Shown here piece after piece: positions 46,468 to 55,995 of a stretch of 64,000 nucleotides of DNA. The translations under genes and the position numbers were made by a program. This DNA is from Candidatus Moraniibacteriota bacterium (GTDB lineage Bacteria > Patescibacteriota > Minisyncoccia > Moranbacterales > UBA1568): NCBI GenBank assembly GCA_963743885.1, contig CAVURJ010000001.1, positions 502,321-566,320 of the forward strand, in the 5' to 3' direction. The notes beneath the pieces were generated by a model, which was not told the origin of the DNA, did no database searches, and saw nothing but the letters and a program-made list of their open reading frames with translations. Within the stretch, counting starts at the first letter, position 1, and the number at the start of each line of letters is the position of its first letter.

Positions 46468-47709
46468 TTACGCCATTTTTTTCTTCAAAACAAAGAGGTT
46501 GGCCCAGGACGCGAAAACGAAGAGAGAACCGATGATGAACGGCAATGTGATGCCGAAGAGGCCTGATCCGAAGCCAGCTGCGAGTGGGATGATGCCTTGC
46601 GAGAGCGCCATGAGCGAGCCATTGATGCCGAGTGCGGCGCCCTGGCGCTTCGGCGAGATGCCCTTGCTGATGAGCGCGCTCAGGTTGGCCATCGAGAGGC
46701 CCTGCGGGATGGAGAAGAAGGGCATGAGGATGTAGAGCCAGGCTGATTCTGGGAGGAAGGGATAGATGGCGATGGCACAGCCGACAGAGAGGAACGACCA
46801 GCGGAGGATGGAACGCTCGCTGTACTTGCTGGAGAGGATGCGGAGGACGACCAGCTGGGTGAAGATGCTCCAGGCGCCGACAGCACCGAAGAAGGTGCCG
46901 ATGCCCGCTTCGGAGAAGGCGAACTTGGAGACGAGCAGGATGCCGATGAACGAGGTGAAGAAGGTGAAGCCTGATCCGTAGAGGAAGCTCGAGAGGTAGA
47001 GCGGCTTGGCATCGACGTCACGGAAGGCAGCACGGATGTTCTGGATGCCTTTGAAGATATGGAAATGATGCTCTGCCTGTCGGTCATGATGCGTCTCGCG
47101 AAGGAAGAAGGCGACCCCGAAGATATTGATGATACCGAGGATGCTGGCGAACCAAAACGGTGCGGCCGGGTCATGTGCGGCTTCGGCGATCCAGCCGCCG
47201 AGGGTAGGACCGAGGATGAAGCCGATGCCGAAAGCGGCACCCATCAGGCCGAAGTTCTTGGCGCGCTCGTGCGGCTCGCTGACATCGGCGATGGCGGCTT
47301 GGGCGATGCTGAAATTGGCACCGGAGAGCCCGGCTAGGATGCGGCTCGCGAAGAGCAGGACGAGTGACCCGGTCTCGATGCCGAAGCCGAAGAGCATCTG
47401 CGAGAAGGCGAGTCCGAGGACGCCGATCATGAGGAGGCGTTTGCGGCCGTAGACATCGGAGAGTTCACCGAGGATAGGGGCACCGATGAACTGCATCAGC
47501 CCGAAGACGGCGGCGATGGCCCCGGCGATGATGTACTGACCGGTCACGGAGTAGCCCTGGAGCAGGAAGTTCGGGGAGGTGGGATCAGTGAAGATGACCG
47601 GGATGATCGGGATGATCATGCCGATCCCGACCATATCGAGAAGGAGCGTGAAGAAGAGGACAGGAAGGACTTTCTTTTTCATAGGAGAGAGTATCATTTG
47701 AACGTTCAA
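46468..47709 (-). CDS. MFS transporter (drug:H+ antiporter-like)
   Basis: 413 aa, 12 TM. MFS motif [17 protein letters not shown]. The start may be at MKKKVLPV (47682). Confidence 0.75.
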   Translation of the reverse strand: MNVQMILSPMKKKVLPVLFFTLLLDMVGIGMIIPIIPVIFTDPTSPNFLLQGYSVTGQYIIAGAIAAVFGLMQFIGAPILGELSDVYGRKRLLMIGVLGLAFSQMLFGFGIETGSLVLLFASRILAGLSGANFSIAQAAIADVSEPHERAKNFGLMGAAFGIGFILGPTLGGWIAEAAHDPAAPFWFASILGIINIFGVAFFLRETHHDRQAEHHFHIFKGIQNIRAAFRDVDAKPLYLSSFLYGSGFTFFTSFIGILLVSKFAFSEAGIGTFFGAVGAWSIFTQLVVLRILSSKYSERSILRWSFLSVGCAIAIYPFLPESAWLYILMPFFSIPQGLSMANLSALISKGISPKRQGAALGINGSLMALSQGIIPLAAGFGSGLFGITLPFIIGSLFVFASWANLFVLKKKMA

Positions 47710-47901
47710 TCAGTATGTCAGAAAATCCCGTTTTTATCCAGGGTTGTGGCTTGCCCCGTACCAGTCTTGATTGTGATGTTGTGGTTTATGTATCGGAAGC
47801 CGGAGGCGGTAAGTATCTTACAGTGTTTGCTAGCTTGAGGCTTCGAGGAGACTTGGTTCGGGGTTTACGTCGCATGTCGTATCCGGTATACTTCACGTGT
47901 T

Positions 47902-48477
47902 ATGGAACAGCCAGCATCACAACCGCAGACAGAAGAGAAGAAGATGTCCCGTCTGGAGCATCTCGCGTTTGAGGCGCCTCGCCATATCGGCTCGGTGCCG
48001 TCGCTCATCATCCACACGGTCTTTTTCGTGGGCATCTTCGCGCTGCAGATATGGGGTTTTTCCTTCGATCAGATCATGCTCATCCTGACGACTGCTGTGT
48101 CGCTTGAGGCTATCTATCTTGCTATCTTCATCCAGATGACGGTCAACCGCCATGCCGAGCAGATCGAGGAAGTGAGCGAGGACGTCGTGGAGCTGTCTGA
48201 GGACGTGGAAGAGCTCGGCGAGGACATCGAGGACATTTCCGAGGATGTGGACGAGATCGTGAAGGATATCGATACCATCCAGGAGGACGTGAAGGAGATC
48301 AGTGAGGACGTGGAGGAGATTTCCGAGGATGTGGAAGAGCTTGGCGAGGAGATCGAGAAGGACGACCAGGAAGACGCCGTCGAGCGCACTGAGGACCAGC
48401 GCAAGCTCGAGCATATGGAAAAGATTATCGCAGAATTGCTTTCTGAAATCCGTGATCTGAAGCATGAGAAGAAATAG
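47902..48477 (+). CDS. DUF1003-like membrane protein with acidic tandem-repeat coiled coil
   Basis: Two TM helices then repeated SEDVEELGEDIEDISEDVDEI... heptad-like units. Underlying DNA direct repeats. Confidence 0.5.
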   Translation: MEQPASQPQTEEKKMSRLEHLAFEAPRHIGSVPSLIIHTVFFVGIFALQIWGFSFDQIMLILTTAVSLEAIYLAIFIQMTVNRHAEQIEEVSEDVVELSEDVEELGEDIEDISEDVDEIVKDIDTIQEDVKEISEDVEEISEDVEELGEEIEKDDQEDAVERTEDQRKLEHMEKIIAELLSEIRDLKHEKK

Positions 48478-48500
48478 CCCTCATATAGCATCAATTTTCA

Positions 48501-48540
48501 GTGTACATATTTTCCTACGACCGTAGGAAAATATGTACAC
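48501..48540. repeat. Perfect 19-bp-arm palindrome
   Basis: gtgtacatattttcctacg ac cgtaggaaaatatgtacac. Confidence 0.8.
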
Positions 48541-48551
48541 TGTTAGAAAAG

Positions 48552-48590
48552 AAAAAGGCCCCGGCACGATGTGTCGGGGCTTTTGGTTTG
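48552..48590. terminator. Bidirectional intrinsic terminator
   Basis: aaaaaggccccggcac-gat-gtgtcggggcttttgg. Confidence 0.55.
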
Positions 48591-48598
48591 CGTTAGTG

Positions 48599-49228
48599 TC
48601 AGGCGTTGCCGATGGCGTGATGCTGTTGCGTAGTCCAGTCAACGTCCGGATCCAGACTGAGTACCGGACGGTATTCATGACCAGCCCAGTGTCCCATGAG
48701 GAACTTGGTAGGCTCGAGGCAGCCTTCGCGCATGCATCCGATGTAGAAGTCATCGACTTGGTAGGTGTCTCGATGAGCAATCCGCAGGTTGGATGCATGA
48801 TAGAACGTCACGCCGTCTTCTGGTCGGATAGGCAACCCGCAGCACGCACAGCGGGTCGTGTATTCCTGGACGAGTTTGACGAAGCAGTCTGGGCACCATT
48901 TCCGCGAGATGATTTTCGTCGGAGTGTCGCCGTAGACGCTGATGTAGTACCAGGAAGGTCCGCTATGGTTGCATTCGTATTGTGCAGTATCGGGCGATTG
49001 GGCAACGATATGGACCTTGTCATTCGGATTGATGGGCTGGTCTTCTTTCGGTGGTATGGTATCGTCGATGCCGGGCGCTTCCGGGAGGTCGTGAGCGATG
49101 CGCTGGTCCAGGGGACTTTCCTTCAGGAAGAGCGAGAAAGGAAAGTAGAGATGTGCGAGGACCATGAATGCGACGATAGCGATGAGCGCGATCAGGCCAT
49201 ACAGCGCCAGGGTGGGGATTGATTCCAT
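48599..49228 (-). CDS. Hypothetical membrane-anchored protein with Cys-rich domain
   Basis: Starts MESIPTLALYGLIALIAIVAFMVL (TM anchor). C-terminal CPDCF...CACCG...CMREGC. The listed ORF extends to 49453. Confidence 0.45.
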   Translation of the reverse strand: MESIPTLALYGLIALIAIVAFMVLAHLYFPFSLFLKESPLDQRIAHDLPEAPGIDDTIPPKEDQPINPNDKVHIVAQSPDTAQYECNHSGPSWYYISVYGDTPTKIISRKWCPDCFVKLVQEYTTRCACCGLPIRPEDGVTFYHASNLRIAHRDTYQVDDFYIGCMREGCLEPTKFLMGHWAGHEYRPVLSLDPDVDWTTQQHHAIGNA

Positions 49229-49370
49229 GGGAGAGTCTCCTTTGGTTGGGTTGTGAACGAGCCGGAATGATGCGGATAGTATGCCGCGGATATCGGGGAT
49301 TGTCAAGGGTTTGAAAAAGAAAAACGCGAGGCAGATGGCTGCTCGCGTTTCGATTGATGGGCGTTGCCGG

Positions 49371-49613
49371 TCACTTCGTATAGACGCCGCCGCGCCGATG
49401 GATGACGTATTCTTGGCACATATTGCGGACGATCTGGAGTGATGTCGGGACATATCCAGTCCCGCGGAGTTCGCGAGAGAGACCGGTCAGCGTCCGGCCT
49501 TCTTTGCGGGCAAGGAGCGAGTTCGTCGTGACCTCGTAGATCGTTCCGACGAACATATCGCCTTTGCGGCAGGTCTCGATGCGGAGCTTCACTTCTTCGA
49601 CTGGCTGTGGCAC
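49371..49613 (-). CDS. Small hypothetical protein (possible winged-helix)
   Basis: 80 aa, RTLTGLSRELRGTGYVPTSLQIVRNMCQEYVI. Terminator hairpin downstream on the minus strand at 49315-49352. Confidence 0.35.
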   Translation of the reverse strand: MPQPVEEVKLRIETCRKGDMFVGTIYEVTTNSLLARKEGRTLTGLSRELRGTGYVPTSLQIVRNMCQEYVIHRRGGVYTK

Positions 49614-49668
49614 GGTATTCTCCTCTGGTGTGGAACTGGCAGGATGATAGGGGATTCTTTCTGGATTG

Positions 49669-50004
49669 TCAACGGTCCGTATCGAGGATTCGGGCGGCGC
49701 GTTTGATGGCGACGAAGCCGTAGGCCCAGAGGAGGGGAAGCCAGATCGGCATCAGACCGAAGAGACTGTTGCGCTCGAAGGTTTCTACGCCGGTACTGAT
49801 GAAAAGGTATTCGGAGACAGTCATAGCGAAGCATCCGAAGACGAGGAAGATGAAGTCGTTCTTTTCGCGCTTGATAGCGAGAGCGACGGCGATGATGATC
49901 ACATAGAGCACAGTGAGCAGGAGGTCATCTGAGACAAGCGGGATCAGCCCGATCATCACGAGTATCGGCAGAGCGTTGAGGAGGATATGGAGGGATTTTT
50001 TCAT
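49669..50004 (-). CDS. Small membrane protein
   Basis: Starts MKKSLHILLNALPILVMIGLIPL. 3-4 TM helices. No family. Confidence 0.4.
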   Translation of the reverse strand: MKKSLHILLNALPILVMIGLIPLVSDDLLLTVLYVIIIAVALAIKREKNDFIFLVFGCFAMTVSEYLFISTGVETFERNSLFGLMPIWLPLLWAYGFVAIKRAARILDTDR

Positions 50005-50570
50005 GGCGTTCCTGTTACTATTGTTTCTATCGGTTTGGCATGGAATTTGATGGCTGTCCCTTTGTCTTTGCACAGCGTAATGGTCGGGTTCGGAAGTTGG
50101 CGGGTTTCTGATACGGGTTCACTTTCGGAATATTGCCCGGTTTGCTTCAGGGGGTCGATATCGATATTCGGGAAATACCGCAAGAAATCTTCGCGCAGCA
50201 TGTCCATGGTGTCGGCGGAAGATGGGATGACGAATTCGATATGTTCCCAGCCGTCGGGATAGTCATGGTCTGGCTTTGGATAGGGGAGCTCAATGCAGGG
50301 AATGGTCCATCCACATACGGAGAGTGGAGTGGCGAGTTTGAATATATCGATTTCCCTTCCGTTGACGATGGCAGAAGAAAGGAGGAGATCGCCTCTTTCC
50401 CGCAGCTCATTTTTTAGCGATTCGATAGAGCTGATATCTTTCATTCTTAGTCCGATATGATCGGATTGGAGACGTGATGTCTCTTCGGATATTCCGAGGT
50501 CATCAAGGTATCGGCTGATCCGCTCCCCGAATTCCACAAGGGCTGATTGTGAGAATGGTTGCGGGTTCAT
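50001..50570 (-). CDS. VOC-fold (glyoxalase/YecM-like) protein
   Basis: 189 aa. Weak YecM/VOC-like pattern (HIGLRMKD...HIEFVIPS). Confidence 0.4.
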   Translation of the reverse strand: MNPQPFSQSALVEFGERISRYLDDLGISEETSRLQSDHIGLRMKDISSIESLKNELRERGDLLLSSAIVNGREIDIFKLATPLSVCGWTIPCIELPYPKPDHDYPDGWEHIEFVIPSSADTMDMLREDFLRYFPNIDIDPLKQTGQYSESEPVSETRQLPNPTITLCKDKGTAIKFHAKPIETIVTGTP

Positions 50571-50623
50571 AAAGATATTGTGGATTTGAGGTGATGTTGG
50601 AACGTATTTGGCTCAACAGAATT

Positions 50624-51202
50624 TTATTTATTAATATAGCCTGCTTTTGCCGCTTCTTCAAAAACATTCTTTAATTTTTCATCTGCCCAGTCCAGATAAT
50701 CTTGTATTTCTGCGGTCGTTATTTTTGTATTGCCTATCTTTACAGCGTCTGGGTAGAATCCTATTTCAGTTTGTAGGTGTGATTCTATGGAAAGCTTTTG
50801 GTGTCTCTTTACCTTTCTTTCGTCTTCTTCCTCATCAAAATTTTCACGAATATCGTGTCGAATGTGATTGCGAATTACAATAATTAAATCACTCAGGCTA
50901 TGAGACTCAGAACCAGATTTCTCGCAGTATTTTTGTATACCCGCAAGATCTTCAAATAAACAAGATATCTCGTGTAAGCAATCTAAAACCGAATCTACAG
51001 CATTGTACTGATGAAGTTCTTTTGCGACCTCTGTGTATCTATTTAGTTGCTTTTTTGCTCCTTTTACATATGGAAGCGCAAGTGTCCAAACAATGTGGTC
51101 AGTTTTTCTTTCCTTAATTAATGCATCGGGTGGCATTTCTTTTTTAGGACGACCCTTTATTACATCGCACCCTTTTTTAGCAACTGATATTCCGTATCCC
51201 AT
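50624..51202 (-). CDS. Hypothetical protein, AT-rich, RX4H (HEPN-like) motif
   Basis: 192 aa. IVIRNHIRHDIREN contains an R-x4-H motif. Low GC relative to flanks. Confidence 0.4.
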   Translation of the reverse strand: MGYGISVAKKGCDVIKGRPKKEMPPDALIKERKTDHIVWTLALPYVKGAKKQLNRYTEVAKELHQYNAVDSVLDCLHEISCLFEDLAGIQKYCEKSGSESHSLSDLIIVIRNHIRHDIRENFDEEEDERKVKRHQKLSIESHLQTEIGFYPDAVKIGNTKITTAEIQDYLDWADEKLKNVFEEAAKAGYINK

Positions 51203-51217
51203 AGAATTTGTAAGGGG

Positions 51218-51799
51218 CTATATTATTTTTTGAATAATATTTAGGTCTAACCAGCGAATTAGCATTGTGTATTTTTGAACATAATCAATAAACTGAAGAA
51301 ATAGTATTTGTTCAAATGGTGGAATTTTAGCTAATTCTAGTTTTTTATATTTTTGCCCTTTGTTGTCTGTTGGATGAAAGAATTCGCCATTTAGCCAAAG
51401 ATCAAAAATCTCTTCTGCCTCAATCGTTTCTTCACCCAGATTGAATCGCATACTTGCTCCTGGGGCTAACACTTTTTGCCATGCCATTTTTGCATCCTGT
51501 ACTTTCTTAAATAGTTCAGAGTCTTGGTCTTTTAAAAGAAGGCTGAGCTTATTACATATTGAAAGGAAATGTACCGCCTCTCCTTGCAAGACAAAAGGAC
51601 GAAATCTTAGTAAGAATGACTCAGTTGTTTTTCTATCTGGTCCATCAAAAGCAGTAGAAACATGAGTTCCGTACCTCTCCTCTTTTGCTTTAATGTTTAA
51701 GCTAAGGTTTTTTAAAAATTCTTGATCACCTAAAGCTTCCGATTTTCTATGGAATAATACTAATGTTTCAATTATTTCTTTTCGATTAGGAGTAGGCAT
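51218..51799 (-). CDS. Hypothetical protein, AT-rich
   Basis: 193 aa. No recognisable motifs. Immediately downstream of promoter repeat R1. Confidence 0.4.
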   Translation of the reverse strand: MPTPNRKEIIETLVLFHRKSEALGDQEFLKNLSLNIKAKEERYGTHVSTAFDGPDRKTTESFLLRFRPFVLQGEAVHFLSICNKLSLLLKDQDSELFKKVQDAKMAWQKVLAPGASMRFNLGEETIEAEEIFDLWLNGEFFHPTDNKGQKYKKLELAKIPPFEQILFLQFIDYVQKYTMLIRWLDLNIIQKII

Positions 51800-51854
51800 A
51801 GACGGGGTATTTGTTTTTAAACTAAAACACCCTCTATAATTAAGGCTAACAATT

Positions 51855-51945
51855 GAAATATAGCCCTAAACCAGGCTTCTTACAAGCTTGGTATGGCCTG
51901 AAATCCTAAGCAACAGAAACGGTCTCGCGGCTGGTTTTTTGTAAG
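51855..51945 (-). promoter_or_regulatory. Repeat R1: terminator plus sigma-70 promoter cassette (minus strand)
   Basis: About 90 nt, nearly identical to 55797-55890. On the minus strand reads TTGTAA, 17-nt spacer gaagcctggtttagggc, TATATT. Upstream is the hairpin ccgccatgtcccctggacctctggcgg followed by a T-run. Confidence 0.5.
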
Positions 51946-52001
51946 AAAAAACCGCCAGAGGTCCAGGGGACATGGCGGGGGAAGGAATTTCGTGGAATTC
52001 C

Positions 52002-52841
52002 TTATGACTTCATCGCTTGGTAGGCTGCACGCTCCTTTTCCCAGGCGATTTCGGGATCGACCTGGAACACGTGGCCGTTTTCACGGAGGAACGCGACCAT
52101 TTTCCGGGATAGTGGCGTGTGCCAGCCGCAGCGGGATTGATCATCACGGAACTTGCGACCACAGCCGGAACAGCTCGAGAGCAGGAGGCCTGCGCCGCAA
52201 TGAGCGCAGTTGAATTCCGTGAAGCCGCCTCGTCCGCCAGAAATCTCGCTATGGATCATGTGGTCGATCGTCATCTGCGAAATCGCTTCGTCAATGAGTT
52301 CGCTCTCCGGCTTGGACCAGTCGTTGATAATTTTGTTCCAGTCGCGCTTCAGGGTGACGTAGAGCACCACCTTTGTGCGCGGTGAGTCTCTATGGTACCG
52401 GTCGTTGACGAGATCGGTGGGATCCTGGATGTAGAAGCTGACGGAGGATTCCCAGTCGTCCAGAACGAGTTCGTTGCCCCAGTTCTCTTCAGCGAACCGC
52501 ATCGCCTTGTCCGCATGTTCGTATTTCAAGAACACGTCGCCATGTGGCATGCCGTCTGCGTATGAGGCGAGCGTCCTTTCGGCGTATGCGTATTCGAGCA
52601 ATGCCGGATGATTCTTGATGATGGTGATGCCGACTACTTCGACCAATTCCCTGCGGTATTTGATGACTTGGAAACCATGGCGGACGCGGAGCGGCGGGCA
52701 GGCGACGTAGCCTTCGCCGGTCGTGAATGCCCGGACAGCTTCTTCGGGCGTGAGGTGAGGACATAGCCTGGCCATGTCCTCGGGCTTCGGGCTCTTGATT
52801 GGGAGTTGTCCGAGAAGGGAACGATACTCCGTGCTTTTCAT
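52002..52841 (-). CDS. Hypothetical protein with C-terminal zinc ribbon
   Basis: 279 aa. CAHCGAGLLLSSCSGCGRKF near the C-terminus. Confidence 0.45.
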   Translation of the reverse strand: MKSTEYRSLLGQLPIKSPKPEDMARLCPHLTPEEAVRAFTTGEGYVACPPLRVRHGFQVIKYRRELVEVVGITIIKNHPALLEYAYAERTLASYADGMPHGDVFLKYEHADKAMRFAEENWGNELVLDDWESSVSFYIQDPTDLVNDRYHRDSPRTKVVLYVTLKRDWNKIINDWSKPESELIDEAISQMTIDHMIHSEISGGRGGFTEFNCAHCGAGLLLSSCSGCGRKFRDDQSRCGWHTPLSRKMVAFLRENGHVFQVDPEIAWEKERAAYQAMKS

Positions 52842-52962
52842 GAAGCGATCTCCTTGTTAATGTGCTTGGTTGTCGCGAAATCCATGCGACAGATGGATTA
52901 CCACAATGATATGGTAACCGTACATTATACACCAAAAATTACGTTTTGTCCACACTGAAACG

Positions 52963-52990
52963 AAAAAGAGGCTTCTGAAAGCCTCTTTTT
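52963..52990. terminator. Bidirectional terminator hairpin aaaaagaggcttc-tgaaa-gcctcttttt
   Basis: Perfect stem flanked by an A-run and a T-run. The same hairpin recurs at 56553 and, in variant form, at 59066. Confidence 0.6.
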
Positions 52991-53021
52991 ATGTCGATAG
53001 CTGGGGGAGATTGGGGATTTT

Positions 53022-53639
53022 TTACAGATGAATCCCGAGATGTTCTAGGTCAGCTTTGAGCTGCTCGTTGCTTTTGAAGAGTATGGGGGTATAGCCGATC
53101 TCACCTGCCTTCTCTAGACTTTTCGGGGCGTCGTCTATGAAGATTACTTCTTCTGGTTGGACGGCGAGCTTTTCGAAAAGTACGTCGAATGCTTCTTTGT
53201 GCGGTTTCTGAAATCCGATTTCTCCAGAGACGACGACTTCGTCCACGAGGTCTAAGATGCCGTCCGTGCGAAGTTTCTCTCTCAATGAGGTCGTATGATT
53301 GCTGAAGATGGCGACTTTGAATCCGTGCTTCCGCATGATTGGGAAAAGTGCGACGAGGGCAGTATTGATCGTGCTTTTCGATCGATATTCCTTGATGACC
53401 GACATCACGCCGTCGTGAACATCTTCTTTTGGAACGAAGGCGGAGACGACTTCCATGATCATGTCTTCCCAGGGGGTGTTTCCTGTATTGCTCAGGTGGT
53501 TATGCTTGAAGTACTCTTTCTTGAAGTCTTCTTTGGGAACGTGCAAGAAATCAGAAATATTCGTCAGAAGATTTCCGCCCGTCGATAGCTCAATGACGCC
53601 GCCATGATCGAAGACAATGGCTTTGAATGTTTTGTTCAT
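53022..53639 (-). CDS. HAD-superfamily hydrolase
   Basis: Motif I FDHGGVI, motif II SN, motif IV IFIDDAPKSL. 205 aa. Confidence 0.7.
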   Translation of the reverse strand: MNKTFKAIVFDHGGVIELSTGGNLLTNISDFLHVPKEDFKKEYFKHNHLSNTGNTPWEDMIMEVVSAFVPKEDVHDGVMSVIKEYRSKSTINTALVALFPIMRKHGFKVAIFSNHTTSLREKLRTDGILDLVDEVVVSGEIGFQKPHKEAFDVLFEKLAVQPEEVIFIDDAPKSLEKAGEIGYTPILFKSNEQLKADLEHLGIHL

Positions 53640-53646
53640 GCGTATT

Positions 53647-54156
53647 TTAAATAGAGTTTACCTTGTAAAACTCGAACGTTCTGCCACCTCTCGTTTTCTT
53701 TGTCAGCTCTGGCAGGGGAATGAGCTCGGGGTCTACTGTCTCGAATTGCCGGATGCCACCGCCGATAGTGGCTGGGAGCTTGTTGAGGATGATTCTATCG
53801 ATCAGTTTCTCTTTCAGGAAAGCGGTATTGAGGCCGGGGCCGCTACAGAGGAGAATATTCGGACTCATCGTGGCTGCGTCCTGAAGCGAGGAGATCTTCG
53901 CGTAGGCTGCTTTCGGAACGAAAGAATCATCGCGTGTAACGACGATTTTTTTGATAGCCGTGTGTTCGAAAGCGTCTATGAGATTCTGATCGAAAGATTG
54001 GATTGCATCGTAGGTGTTCTTCCCCATGACGAGGACGTCGTATTCGGCCAGAAGCTCTAGGAAATCATCCCAGACCTCATCGGGGATGAAATCCTCGCCT
54101 CCATCCGTCTGTGCGATGAATCTATCCGAAGAGATGACGTTGTAGGCGGTAAGCAT
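53647..54156 (-). CDS. RibD C-terminal domain / DHFR-like reductase family protein
   Basis: 169 aa. VLVMGKNTYDAI...ILNKLPATIGGGI pattern of PF01872-type proteins. Confidence 0.55.
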   Translation of the reverse strand: MLTAYNVISSDRFIAQTDGGEDFIPDEVWDDFLELLAEYDVLVMGKNTYDAIQSFDQNLIDAFEHTAIKKIVVTRDDSFVPKAAYAKISSLQDAATMSPNILLCSGPGLNTAFLKEKLIDRIILNKLPATIGGGIRQFETVDPELIPLPELTKKTRGGRTFEFYKVNSI

Positions 54157-54276
54157 ATGTTTGTTGGGTGAACTGTGGCAAATGGAAATCAGAGCTTATT
54201 ATCAAACGCAGTGAGCGAAATGAGAGCTTGCTCTCATTTCCGAGCGCAGTGCCGGTAAAATCGGGTTCAATACCCG

Positions 54277-54636
54277 TTATTTATTAACCCACCACTGTCT
54301 GAATTCGATCGCTTTTCCTTGATTATCCAGTTTTACATAATAAGCGCCCTTGGAGTCATGAATATTTCCCCTGGTATCTTTAAAGGAAAATTCGTATGAT
54401 GCGCTTCCTTCATTTTCTTTTGTGAGGAGCGTGTTTATTTCGAGCTTAAGAATGTCCTGATCAGAGACTTCTTTCCAAGCACCCTTTACTTCATCCAAGG
54501 AAGTGAGTGGAGGCTCGAAAGGATCTTCGTAGTATTGAAAATTTGAAGAAAGCAAACTATCGATATTCTCGATATCCTTATTGATCCAGATATCTTTCAA
54601 GGATCGGAACCAATTTTCAATTGTGGGGCTGTCCAT
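54277..54636 (-). CDS. Hypothetical protein (possibly NTF2/SnoaL-like fold)
   Basis: 119 aa. AT-rich. Confidence 0.35.
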   Translation of the reverse strand: MDSPTIENWFRSLKDIWINKDIENIDSLLSSNFQYYEDPFEPPLTSLDEVKGAWKEVSDQDILKLEINTLLTKENEGSASYEFSFKDTRGNIHDSKGAYYVKLDNQGKAIEFRQWWVNK

Positions 54637-54671
54637 AATATTTTGCTGTCCCTATGGGACGAAGTTGGAAC

Positions 54672-55169
54672 TTATTTAGGAAGCTTCTGATCATTAGGAT
54701 TGACACTTGAACTTGTGCTTGCAGTGATTTTTTTATTCGTTTCATCTTGATACTCTACAATACTCAAAATACTTTTAAACTCTTCACTTGTAACGATAGC
54801 CTCACCTAAAGCACAAATTTCTTTTAGGTCTTCTTCAAAAGAATCATCATAGATTTCCGTAAGAAGATCATGAACTACTTTATTTCTTTTAGCTCTAAAA
54901 TGATGTAGATCCTGTGCTAGTGTTCCCTTTATCAGTTTAGTTTTATTTAAAAACTCAATAAGTTTATAAAGACTATAATTAGAAACTTCAGTTCTGAGTT
55001 CATTTATAATTTCTGAATCCTTAATTTTATTCGTCTCAACAAAAAAAGAGAAATCGGCATGTAATTTTAAAAGACTCTCTATATAAGCACCTTGAACAAG
55101 AAAGGCTTCAAGGTATTGCTGTTTCAATATTGAACCTCGGATATGATTTGTTAATTCGATGTGTTTCAT
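54672..55169 (-). CDS. Hypothetical protein with HEPN-like Rx4H motif
   Basis: 165 aa. HHFRAKRNKVVHDLL contains R-x4-H. Strongly AT-rich. Confidence 0.4.
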   Translation of the reverse strand: MKHIELTNHIRGSILKQQYLEAFLVQGAYIESLLKLHADFSFFVETNKIKDSEIINELRTEVSNYSLYKLIEFLNKTKLIKGTLAQDLHHFRAKRNKVVHDLLTEIYDDSFEEDLKEICALGEAIVTSEEFKSILSIVEYQDETNKKITASTSSSVNPNDQKLPK

Positions 55170-55224
55170 AAGATTTGTTGGGGCTGTGGGATGGAATTGG
55201 AAAATATTTAAATGTTTTATCGTA

Positions 55225-55794
55225 CTAGATTTGAGTCAAAATTTTCTTAACTACCATCTTGGAAATTTCCAAGAACGGCCTTAGGTTCAGACAATAATAC
55301 TCATCTCTCTTTACTAAAACTGAATCCTGGTTATTTCCTGGATACAGCATCATACCAGGAGGCATGTGGCTATTATGAGTAAGCCTGTTTCTGTATTCTT
55401 TTTCTATTAGCCTGAGTTCAACTTCTGACAACTTTAAGTTATAGTACTCCGGATTATTTAATATTTGGAAGTGTTTTCCAATATCGTCTCCCCCTTTTTC
55501 GATTAGTGTTCCGACACTATCTACTATACATAGAAGTAATATTGCGGAGGGGTATCCATAACATCCTGCTTGATTAGGCCATCTGAAGTCTTTGCTTTTA
55601 TCAAAGTTGATACAATACTCTGAAACCTCAATCATCTCTTTTAAGGCTTCTTTAATCATCGAGTTGGTATTTCTGTGGATGGCCATAATATGTGTAGTGA
55701 TTTTCCTGCGGCCGGCCGCGGATGGGTGAGCCCAAAACCCATTCCAGAGTTTGGTATCTGTTACTAGAAAGTAAAACAAAAATATAGGTAACAT
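55225..55794 (-). CDS. Hypothetical protein, AT-rich
   Basis: 189 aa. Contains the GC-rich palindrome gcggccggccgcgg. The start may be the internal MAIHRNT. Downstream of promoter repeat R2. Confidence 0.35.
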   Translation of the reverse strand: MLPIFLFYFLVTDTKLWNGFWAHPSAAGRRKITTHIMAIHRNTNSMIKEALKEMIEVSEYCINFDKSKDFRWPNQAGCYGYPSAILLLCIVDSVGTLIEKGGDDIGKHFQILNNPEYYNLKLSEVELRLIEKEYRNRLTHNSHMPPGMMLYPGNNQDSVLVKRDEYYCLNLRPFLEISKMVVKKILTQI

Positions 55795-55796
55795 CT

Positions 55797-55890
55797 GAAA
55801 TATAGCCCTAAACCAGGCTTCTTACAAGCTTGGTATGGCCTGAAATCCTAAGCAACAAAAACGGTCTCGCGGCTGGTTTTTTTGTAATGG
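55797..55890 (-). promoter_or_regulatory. Repeat R2: second copy of the promoter/terminator cassette
   Basis: Nearly identical to 51855-51945. Confidence 0.5.
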
Positions 55891-55995
55891 GTATATCTAT
55901 CTAGTCTTAGAAATTAGCATAATACTCTCCGAAAAACAGAAAACCCACCGAAGCGGATTTTCCGTTGGTGGGTTTGTGGCGGTAGAGCTTTTGTC

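Noticed and set aside
46499-47452. Plus-strand ORFs within the MFS transporter gene
   Set aside because: They are antisense to a 12-TM MFS protein, with Ser/Pro/Ala-rich translations.
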